This document shows, piece by piece, positions 47,001 to 59,100 of a stretch of DNA of 64,000 nt. Origin of the DNA: Chrysomallon squamiferum (Eukaryota; Animalia; Mollusca); assembly GCA_012295275.1 (NCBI GenBank), contig CM022669.1:7874001-7938000 (forward strand). The letters are read 5' to 3'. The translations under genes and the position numbers were made by a program. The notes under the pieces were generated by a model that saw only the letters and a list, made by a program, of their open reading frames with translations, was not told where the DNA came from and did no database searches. Each line of letters starts with the position of its first letter. The first letter of the stretch is position 1.

Positions 47001-47352
47001 TATATTTACAGGTAAAGGTGTATGTGACACCTGTCCAGGTGGACATGCATGTGCCTACAACAGCAGTTTCCCATATGACCTGGAGTGTCCATCTGGTTAC
47101 TACTGCCCACCAGGTACTCAGTACCAGACACAGTATCCCTGTCCCCAGGGAACATACAACCCCTCCACTCGCCAAGACAACAGTTCATCATGTATATCGT
47201 GTCCTCCAGGGAAGTACTGTGAGGGGGTGGGACAGAGTGCTATCACTGGAAACTGCAGTGCAGGGTGGTTTTGCCCAGGCATGACGCCACTCTCAAAGCC
47301 CATTGTCATTGGTAATGTATATTTTATATTTTTGGTATCATTTTTTTAAATT

Positions 47353-47383
<31 letters not shown>

Positions 47384-47848
47384 AATGATAATAATAAAAC
47401 AGTTTCAAAGAATTTTATCATCAGTTTAATAACATTAATATTTTTATTAATACATGTAACTCTGTAAATGTATTCTTCCTTCCTCCATTCTATTCATTTA
47501 TTCTTTCTTTTTTCCATATTATTTATTTCTTCCTTCCATATCACATCTTTTCTTATTTAAATTGCCTAGATTTATTTTATTTTATTTAACGTAGTTTAGC
47601 AATTTTAATCTTCTTTTTTTTCTCACCTGTAATACAGGTAATTTTAGCAGCATTGATTTGTGCACTTGCCCTAAGAACGCTTTCACTGGTGGCAAGTGTC
47701 AGCCTGGTACTTACTGCCCTGAGGGGTCAGCCACACCCACCTCCTGTGATGCCGGCTGGTACTGTGATGATTATGAGTTAGCAACACCCAAAGGTGAGAA
47801 TGATTTATTCTTCACCTTTCATTGTTACTGCATTTAAGTAAGTGCATG

Positions 47849-47880
<32 letters not shown>

Positions 47881-48050
47881 TAAACACAAATATAAATAAA
47901 CACTGCTATTCTAGCCCACAGAGCTTAATTTTATATTACATATTTTTACTCAAATTAAAAGGGGTATTATATATTTAATTATTTACTTCAGCTGCTACTG
48001 CTCCTACTTCTACTACTCCTATTACTATAACTACAACAACAACAACAACA

Positions 48051-48082
<32 letters not shown>

Positions 48083-48164
48083 AATCTCTGTACTATTACT
48101 ACTAATAATACTACTGCTACTATTTGGGTTGTTGTTACTAGTGTAGTTTTATTGTTGTTGTTGC

Positions 48165-48198
<34 letters not shown>

Positions 48199-48645
48199 GC
48201 AGGAAAGTGTAATGCTGGTTACTTCTGCCCCAGTGGTCAGAGCAGACCAGACCCACCCCCCTATCTGTGTCCAGCTGGACATTACTGTGTGGAGGGGCGG
48301 CCCACTGCTGTACCCTGCCCTGCAGGAACATTCTCCAACACCACAGGAAACACTGACATCACAGACTGCAGACCATGTACTCCAGGTACAGTGTTTAACA
48401 TTGTTATTACTAGAAGAAAAAATTGTTGTACTTAGATAAACATGTTTAACATTGTTATTACTAGAAGAAAAAAATTGTTGTACTTAGATAAACACAGTTA
48501 TAATTAGATAAACATTGTTATATTTAGATAAGCATTTGATTAATTCTCTGTCTAAAAATGGCAAATGTTCACATTTTGCAGTATTAGTGAAAGTGCAAAG
48601 ATAGTGTGATTTTGTTTGCGTTTATGTGTGTTGGTGTGTCCTGTA

Positions 48646-48682
<37 letters not shown>

Positions 48683-50619
48683 AGAGGGGAGAGGGAGAGG
48701 GAGAGAGAGATGGACAAGAAAAATATGTAAATAAGTAATAGAAAAACAATATAATTATTTGTACTTATTAAATATAAAATACTGACACTGAAATTAATGT
48801 GGATATATGTGGGTGTATGTAACAAAGAGATGGACTGACAGAAAACTAGAAAGGTAGGTATCTTTTCACACTTATAACCAGATTAATACACTTTTATTGT
48901 TGTTGTTGTTGCCGCTGCTGCAGTTCTCATAGTAGTAGTTATTTTTGTTATTATTATTCTGTTTATTTCAGGTTTCTACTGTTCTGGCACTGGACTTGTT
49001 GAAGAGTCTGCACCTTGTGGGGCTGGATTCTTCTGTCCCGAGGGTCAGACAACAGCCACACCCAACAGTTACATTTGTCCCAATGGCTCCTACTGCCCAA
49101 CCGGAAGTGCTATCCCAATATCGTGTAAACCTGGTATGTATTGTGCTGTTGCTGTTGGATCAGTTCATTATATCAGTCTCATGTTATAATATAAAATGTG
49201 TCAAATAAACTAGATGTCTGAATTGATTAGATGTACTTCAGCTATAGTTAGTTTCATTTGAATTATCATGTATATGTGTTTGAACCGGGTAGTTGTTTTT
49301 GAACTATCAGCTAGTTGTGTTTGGATTGAGAAGTTAAATTATCAGCGAGATATGTTTGAACTGCAAGCAGTTACATTTGAATTATCTGCTGTATGTGTTT
49401 TGAACTGTATAGTTGTTTTTGAACTATCAGTTAGTTGTGTTTGAACTGTGCAGTTGAATTATCAGCTAGATGTGTTTGAACCATAAATACCATAAGTTGT
49501 TTTTGAATGATTACTAGTTATTTAGTGAATGTTCAGCTAGATTTTCTTGAACCTTTCAGGGCAGTACCAAGCAGACAGTGGTAAGGGAACCTGTGAGGTG
49601 TGTCCTGCAACCAAATACTGCGACCCATACAACACAACTGACAACTCAACTGGAGTGATTGTTCCTGCCGACTGTGTACCAGGATACTACTGTCCAGCGG
49701 GTACCGAGTATCAAAGCCAGTACCCTTGTCCTGAAGGATCTTACAGCAGAGATGTTGGTCTTGGTTTTAAAGGTAAGATTGTCAGTTGTAATTGTTTTGG
49801 GGTTGTTGTTTTTTTCCCTTTTACAGCTTCTATTTGTTATTCAGTAATATGACTCTTAAGTAAAAATCTTGACAATGACAGTGCTAGTATCTGACAGTGG
49901 CAGTGCTAGTATCTGACAGTGGCTATGCTAGTATCTGACAGTGACAGTGCTAGTATCTGACACTGCCTGTATAAGCCTAGTTTCCAGTCCCCCAAGTGAT
50001 TCATCACTAAATATTAATGTCCTTACAATGGGAAAGTGCATTAAAAATAACAATACCTGTGAATAATAACAAATGACAGTGAGAGACAACAACAGTAATA
50101 TAATGAAGATGATGATGACACAAAAATCATAATAATAATAATAATATATTTTTTTTGTAAAAGTGTATAAATAAATAAATAAATAAATAAGTTCATAGCC
50201 ATGTTTATTGCTGACAAAAGTTGGATAAGCTAATAAAAATGTTCTCACCTGTGTTTTCAGATGGATGTATCAAGTGTGACTATGGTATGTACTGCAAGAC
50301 ACCAGGCCTCATACAGCCAGAGGGACCCTGCGAAGCTGGCTACTACTGTTTGGAGAACTCCACCACACCAAAACCGACAGATGGAGTATCTGGTGATATC
50401 TGCCCACCTGGACATTACTGCCCTCTTGGCTCTTACAACGGTACATATTACTGTTTAATACACTGGATAGATAAAACTGTTATTCATCACAACGATAGTT
50501 AGATAATTTGATTGGCCTTCAGTAATGTTTATTTATTTATTGTTTTATTTATTAGAACACTCACATACAAACACACACACACACCATATATATATATATA
50601 TATATATATATATGGTGTG

Positions 50620-50652
<33 letters not shown>

Positions 50653-52338
50653 GGACCCCAGATGTTAAAGTTATTATAATTCAGAAAATATTACATTTTT
50701 TTTAAAACCATGACTGTTAAATAACTATGCCTCTGTTAGATACAGGTTTTTATTTCATATTTGTATAATAATTCCAGCGCAAGCTTGTCCAAAGGGTACA
50801 TACAGCAACTTCACAGGACTGAGGTACGCCAACGAGTGTATCCCCTGTGTATCAGGACAGTACTGTCCATCCACTGGTCTCACTCAGCCCTTTGCCAACT
50901 GCACCACCGGCTACTACTGCAAGTTTGGATCGACAACCGCCACACCAGTCGGTGAAACGTTTGGCTATAAGTGTCCAGCTGGTCACTACTGTCCAGAAGG
51001 CACCCCAGCACCAGTACCATGTAGACAGGGAACCTACCAGCCTACTGAAGGTTTGTTAAACAGTTTTCACTTGTAACCAGTATCTGAACCATTTATAATC
51101 AGTTCTTAAATTTCTTCGTAATATATACATAATTTAATTATAGCCAGTATATCAAACCGTATATGCAACCAGTCAATACCTTATTTGTAATCAACTTTTA
51201 CTCATTTGTAACCAGTACTTCACTTATTCGTAAGCAGCACTTAATATATTCAAATACAGTATTTGATTCATGACCTATATTTAGCTTATTTGTTATCACT
51301 GCTTAACTCAATAAATAAATCATTCATAGTCAGTACTTGACTCTAATGTAATCAAAAAGTTTATCATTTTTAACTTGTAATTTTTATTTATTAATTTGAT
51401 ACATTTATTCTTGTTTAAAACATTTTGAAATATGTACTTGCAGTATATGAAGATTCATGTTTACATTTTAAATGTAATTTTCATAATTATATTATAGGAC
51501 AGCAGAGTGTCTCAGCCTGTGTAGAGTGTGAACCAGGATATTACTGCCTTGAGGAAGGCAACAGTACAACTACAGGAAAGTGTATGGCAGGATTCTATTG
51601 TACTCGGGGAGCTAAATTTCCCAATCCAACAGGTACTTCGCATGTGGTCATAAGGTATTCTGGTAATATGATATTATGACTATAATCCATATATCATCCA
51701 GATTTGCAGTTTATCTCACTTTGAGTGTAACAAGACTATATTTAGAGTAAATGTTTAATTAATCGGTGTTTGTTTTAATTTTTTTTCAGATGGAACAACT
51801 GGAAACATCTGTCCTATTGGTCACTACTGTCCAGAAGGTTCGGTCACTCCGCAGGCCTGTCCTGCAGCAACATACATGAACGATACTGGGGCAGCCAGCT
51901 GTTACACATGTCCCCAGGGCTACTACTGCACCAATGGCGAAACTGCCACACCCTGCCCTCAAGGCTACTACTGCCCCCCTGGGACTGGCTCGGGATACTT
52001 GCCTTGCCCAGTGGGAACGTTTGGAGCTAGCACGAGGCTGACTAATGGTTCAGAGTGCACGGCCTGCCTCGGAGGCATGTACTGCGATTCCACAGGCCTC
52101 CTGACACCTACAGGTGCCTGCGAGGCAGGATATTACTGTGTGTCAGGTAAACTTAAATTCAAGTTTCTTTGTAATATTCGTTGCATTTTAACAAATAACA
52201 CAGTTGTGTTTGTTACTTATATTAAATGCATAGAATTAAAAAAATAGCTTTCTGGTGTTCATTATATATGTTTTTGTTTCCATATGGCTGTATGTAACTA
52301 ATATTTGTATCAGACTTGTTTCCAACTAAACAGGGTTA

Positions 52339-52375
<37 letters not shown>

Positions 52376-54374
52376 GTATTTAAGCAGTTCATCTGTACCT
52401 CTCTGTATTATGGATTGTATTGTTCGAATGAGAGATTAATAGTGTTGTTGTTTTTATTGTTATTGTTATATTTATTATTATCATTATCTGTATATTGTTG
52501 TTGTCATCGTCAATTGTTATTGTTATTGTTATTGTCATATTTCAAAGATATTAGTAAATATATGTCAATATATTTACAGGAGTCAATGTTAAAACACCAA
52601 ACTCAGCAATATCCTTCACTGGAAATGGTGGGGTGTGTCCTGCAGGATATGAGTGTCCTACCAACTCGACATATCCTACCCCATGTCAATCAGGAGAGTA
52701 CGCATCATCTACAGCCACACCCAGTTGTTTGTCATGTCCTACAGGTATAACTTTGTTTTCTTATTTAAAGTTGTAATACATGCATTTTCATTTTTTTAAT
52801 GAAAATTTAAATTCAGTTTTAATATACCCATTAACCAAGTTAGCCATGAAACTGAAATCCTTGTATTATAGTAATTTTTCTTCAGCCATTTTGCAAACAC
52901 ATACAAAAACATTATTATTATTTTAGGCCATTTCTGCATGAATGAAACCGTGACACCAGAAATATGTCCAGCTGGTCACTACTGTCCAGTTGGGACAAAG
53001 TTTGCCACCCAGTATCCATGTCCTAAAGGAACATACAACAACAGAACAGGTAAATTTTTAATAAACATTCTTGTTAATTTAAGTTATTAAGTGTAGTACA
53101 GAAATTTACAGCAATGTTAAATTTCACTTCTACATGAATAACATCAGCTTGTGTAAGCTATTATTTCAGCAAAAAGAAAATGGAATATTTTCTTTTTTTT
53201 TCTCTCAGCAGAAACACATACAGACTCACATACACATGTAGACAAACTGATATTCAGACAAACATACACACTTACCCACACACACACACACACATAAACA
53301 TCAGACACACAGTCACAACTCACAATTAATTCCCTTTTAAATTTTATTTCTTCAGGTATCAGCAAAGACAGCGAGTGCCTGGACTGTCCCCCAGGCATGT
53401 TCTGTGAGGGTGTAGGAAATGAGGTACCTGACGGTTTGTGTGATGAGGGATTTTTCTGTGCAGGACGCTCCTTCCAAAAAAGACCGTACGATACAGGAAA
53501 CCTTACAACAGTCAATGGAACATCCAGGTAAAATGATTTCACCTTCCAGTCCTTGAATGCTTTATAAAACAGCTGGGGTATGCTTAGCAACAGATTTGTA
53601 TTTGATAAACATTAACTGAACGGCAGTTTAATATAACATATGTATAATTCTTTACAACAATATAAAACATAATGATTTATTTTTGTTAAAACCTGTAATA
53701 GAAACAATCATCATTACTAGAACCATTATTAATAATACTGTTAAAGCTTCTTCTATTTGTGCTATGTTCCTGCTGTTACTACTGCTATTAGTACCAACAT
53801 CGTTATTGCTACAATCTTATTGTAATTATGATTTTATTATTATTAGTAGTAGTAGTACTATTATTATTAGTAGAAGAAGTAGTAGTGGTATAATTACCAA
53901 AAAAAACATCACTATTACTAGTACAAATACTACTACCACCACTACTGCTACCAATAAAACAGTACAATTGTTATACTACTACTACCACACACACACACAC
54001 ACACACACACACAATTTCTGACATCTACAATATTGTGCAACTGCTACTGACACTGAATTCATGTGATTAATATTATTTCAGTGATCTGCTATCCAATGAC
54101 ACATGTACACCAATGTGGGACTGTGTGTGTCCTCGGTTTGAAATGACCAGTGGTGGAATCTGCCCAACTGGATACTACTGTCCAACAGGCACTGTGAAAC
54201 CCTTAGCCTGTCCACCTGGTCTCTACTGTGAAACACCTGGCCTGCCACTTCCTACAGGTAATAAATAAATAAATAAATAAATAAACATTGAAAGATATGT
54301 TGATAAAAATAACTTATATGGCCACTTAAAAATAATAATAATAACAGCCACAAAAGACAATCATCTTCTTCTTA

Positions 54375-54429
<55 letters not shown>

Positions 54430-56135
54430 ATTCTTCTTCTTATCATTATTATTATCAAACTATGTGTTTTGTTTTGATGAACAGGTAACTGTAGTGCAGG
54501 CTGGTACTGCAATGGTACTAGTCCAGTTCCAAACCAGATAGTTTGTCCAGAAGGTCACTACTGTGAGCATGGCACCAGTGTCCCCACACCATGTCCAGCA
54601 GGAACATTCGCCAACAAGACTGGAGGACAGTCTGTGGGGGATTGTTTGAACTGCACTGCTGCAGCTTACTGTCAAGGTCTGTAAATGTAGTAGTACAGAG
54701 TTCTACATTATAATAGAATTAATATTTTGTTACACGTTTTACAGAGTTTTACATTATGTGAAATTAATATTTTGTTATACTTTGTTTATATATTTTATAT
54801 TTAGTTGTGTGATGTTTTGCATTTTTGAAGTAATATCTAGTTATACTATGTCTTTTACAAGTAGTATGTAGTTATGCTGTTGAATCACTATTTAATTATA
54901 CAATGATTTACAATATTATGAAGTAATATTTATCTCTTCTGTAACACAGTGTGTGAAATTTATTATCTAGTGTATTATATTATATGTGAAATAATATAAT
55001 GGTGTTTTTAATATATGAAGATGCAATTTTTGCCATATTTTCTAATATGGCTATTTTATTTGCAAATACATTTCTGTATCAATATTAAATTATTCAAAAG
55101 TAAATAATATTAGGTTATTTTTGTAAAGTATTCTCTGAAATATTCATTTACTGTTAATATTTTAATTTTTATTAGCTTCTGTTTTATTTTTAATGCATTT
55201 TATTTTATTACAGTTTTGTAATTTTAATTAATTTACAGGTACAGGTAACACAGTACCCACAGGTCTTTGTGATCCTGGTTATTACTGTCCTGGAGGTCAA
55301 AGTACAAAAACACCTGTCGACCTTCAGTGTTGGAAAGGTCATTTCTGCGAATCTGGATCCACTATTCCAGTCCAGTGTCCAAACGGAACATACCAGGTGA
55401 ATGCAGGACAAAGCACCTGTAACGACTGCCCACCTGGATATTTCTGTGATGCCAGTGCAGGAAATATTACTATTATAGATGGTGAGTATAAAATAAATAA
55501 ATAAATAAAACAAAACAAAACAAAACAAAACAAAACAAAACAAAACACAATAAAATAAAACAAAATAAATAAATAACTAAATAAATGCAATTCATGTATA
55601 CCCTCAAACAGCCAAATCAACAGTTAGGTTATTTTTTGTTCCAACTTCTGTTCTATTCTTTATTCAAAGTCCTGTCTTTAGGAAAGTGCATATCTAAATG
55701 ATATCCATTCTTCTACTGATCAAAAAGAGCAACATGATTTATCATCGTCACTGTTAATATTAAAATATGATAATTATACTGTTATGAAACTATTCATTCA
55801 TTCATTCATTCAAATCCAGGTCACCCAGTGGTGTTTCCCTCTCCCTGTCCCCTGGGATTCTACTGCCCAGAGAAGACTCAGGCAGCCAAGTCTTTCCCAT
55901 GTCCAGCTGGAACCTTTGGTCCAGATGAGTACTACACAAATTTGGAAAACTGCACGGAATGTACTGCTGGGTGGTACTGTGACAGAACAGGGCTGTCGTC
56001 ACCAACGGCAGAGTGCTGGGGAGGTTACTACTGCACTGGTGGAGCATCGTCACCAAAACCAATAGATGACAAGGTGTGTAGAAGTAGTGGTTTTAATTTT
56101 TTAAATTTAAAAAAAAAAAATTATAATGTGATGTT

Positions 56136-56175
<40 letters not shown>

Positions 56176-59100
56176 TTTATTTATTTATTTATTTAAACAC
56201 ATCTCAGTTTATTTATTTATTTATTTATTGTGTTACACCTCAGGTAAATTATGCAGACAATACAACATTCACTGGTAATGACCGCTGTCCAGTCGGCTAC
56301 TACTGCCAGAATGGTACAACATATCCCACTCCATGCCCACGGGGAACATTCTCCACACAAAGGGAGGTAACTGGACCAGAAGGATGTGAGAAATGCCCAC
56401 CAGGCAGATACTGCAACCAGCAGGCATTCACAAAACAGTCAGAAGCTTTGCCTTGTGATGCAGGGTAAGTTGTTCTAATCTCTCTGGCTCTCTTTTTAAA
56501 AACATTTCAATTCCAACATCATATCCTTACTTAATGATGTATGCATTAATAATAATAATAATGATATTCAATAGTGAAGCAAGTGGTTAAAAATGTTGTT
56601 GAACTGTGAGATGTCTTACAAATAAAGATCTCTGTATTTTCAGCTATGTGTGTACAGGAGGGAGCACCACCCCTACTCCTACAGATGGCGTGGAAGGATA
56701 TCTGTGTCCCCCAGGACACTTCTGTCCTGAAGGATCTGCTTTTGAACAAGGGTGTCCTATAGGAACATTCCAGTCAGACGCTGGAAAGGACAACTGTACT
56801 ACATGTCCTGCAGGATTCATGTGTCCTGATATGAACATGACATCACCTCTGGATTGCAAAACTGGTGAATTAATGTTTTATTACCCACAATGTATTAAAT
56901 ATTACAATATATATATATATATATGTATATACGGACAGCTGCATTTAAGGCCTATACAATAAATATAAATCTTTAATACTATAATTATTATTATTTATTA
57001 TTATTATTAGTAGTGGTAGTAGCAGTAGTAATAGTAGTAGTAGTAGTAGTAGTAGTAGTAGAACTAGAAGTATTGAAGCTGTATGTATGAAGATAAGAAT
57101 AAATAGTAATTACTATCAGAAATAGTTTGAAGAAATTTGAACTTTAAATGTGTGTGGATATAGTTGCAGCATAGTTCTACAATGTTTGCCTAAAGAGTGA
57201 GAGATCAAAGGATCTAAACCGATACATTTTACTTACATTGTTTCAGTATTTCTGTGTGGTTTGTATGTACTTCAGTTAATAAATTTTCATTAGATTTTTT
57301 CATTAATTTGACAGTTCATTGCAATTTTTTCCATTTATTAATTTCAGGTTATTACTGTCCATATAATTCGAACCCACAACCCTGTCCACCAGGTACATTT
57401 AATAATAAGACCAGCATGGAACTAGCATCACAATGCACCCAGTGTCCTACAGGATACTACTGTGAGGGTTTCGGCAATCCTAATCCTACAGGTAATCTTA
57501 TAACTATTATATATATATAAAAAAATAATAATAATAAATATTAAGATAAGTAATAGTAATAAATTTGCATAAAAAAATAAATAAATAAAGAATAAATTGT
57601 GAATTTTTTTTAAAATATGTTTTAAACATGATTTTGTTTTCATTATTCAGGATTGGCTGAGAGGCATTGCTATCATATTCCCTGTAAAGTGAAAAAAAAA
57701 AAATCACCAAAGACTGAATATAAATTTCAGCTGACATTATTTATTATTTTTCTTGTTTTCAGGATACTGTGATGAGGGATATTTCTGTGAGGGTGGTGCA
57801 GCCAGCCGTGCCCCAGGTCCTTCTGTTAGTCATCCTCTGAATGGACCTTGCATTCCAGGACACTACTGTCCTCAGGGAACATCAATGATGAGGAAATGTC
57901 CTGCTGGAACAATTCGCAACAGTACAGGTAACAATACTAGTTTTTTATTTTTATTTTTTGTTAGTTGTAATAGTAGTATTAACTGTAGTTGTACTAGTTA
58001 TAGTAGGAGTGGCAGTAGTAGTATACTAGTAGCAAAAGCAGCAACAAGTAAATTATAGGATTATAAACATACAAATACGTTCTGGGAAATGTACAAGTGT
58101 GATGTCATTTTCCATTATTATGCAACACTTTTCAAGAATATAATATAATATTCATTTACTGCTGTTTATTTTCCAGGAGGAGCATCACTATCAGACTGCC
58201 TGCCCTGTCCAGGAGGTTACTACTGTCAATCTGAAGGTCAGACAGTAGAAACTGGAGTGTGTTCAGCAGGATACTACTGTCCTGCCAATGACTCCACAAT
58301 ATCACCCACACCTTCCAGCTTCCCTTGCCCCATTGGCTACTACTGTCCAGAAGCATCTGCTGACCCCAAACCATGTCCACCTGGTCAGTTCCAGATCAAC
58401 GAGGGTCAGTCAACATGTGATGCCTGTCCAGCTGGCTATTATTGTCAGAGTGCTGTGTCACCTGAACAGAAGGATTGTCCACCTTATCACTACTGTCCTA
58501 AAGGTAAATCGTATTTTCATTTTGTCATTATTATTAATCTTTTGGTGGAATAAAATAGGGTTTTCTGAGAGCAGTCTTATGCCATAAGAAAACAAATGAT
58601 TGATATGAAATAATACTGAAGGTTTTTTTTTAATGTGTTTTGTTCTTGTATTGTTTTTAGGTACTGCTTATCCAAAGCCATGTGAAAATGGAACCTTCAC
58701 ATATGAGAACATGACAAATCTGAGGGACTAGTGCAGATTGTCTCCCTTGCATCTCTGGTCAATATTGCAGGTAAAAATATAGCATTTAAAAAAAAAAAAA
58801 GTAAAATATATTACTTGGACACAAAAATTAAAGCTTTCATTCATTTACACATATTTTTATTTCACATTTGGAACTTTATTTAGAAACTCATTTTCAGTTA
58901 TGTTTATTATTTCAATCTTTATTTCTTTCTTCTTTTTCTTTTTTTCTATTATATTTTTAAAATTTCAGAAATGGACAAGTCTATGGAAACTGTTCTGCTG
59001 GTTTCTTCTGTAAATCTGGATCAAAGGAAGACATGCCCAACAGCACCTACAACTTTGACGGCTGCATCGCCAACACCATCTGTGCTGGACCATGTCCACG

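Noticed and set aside
41065-58731. TAG reassignment or stop-codon readthrough
   Set aside because: Readthrough would not restore the frame; each site needs a 1-nt shift
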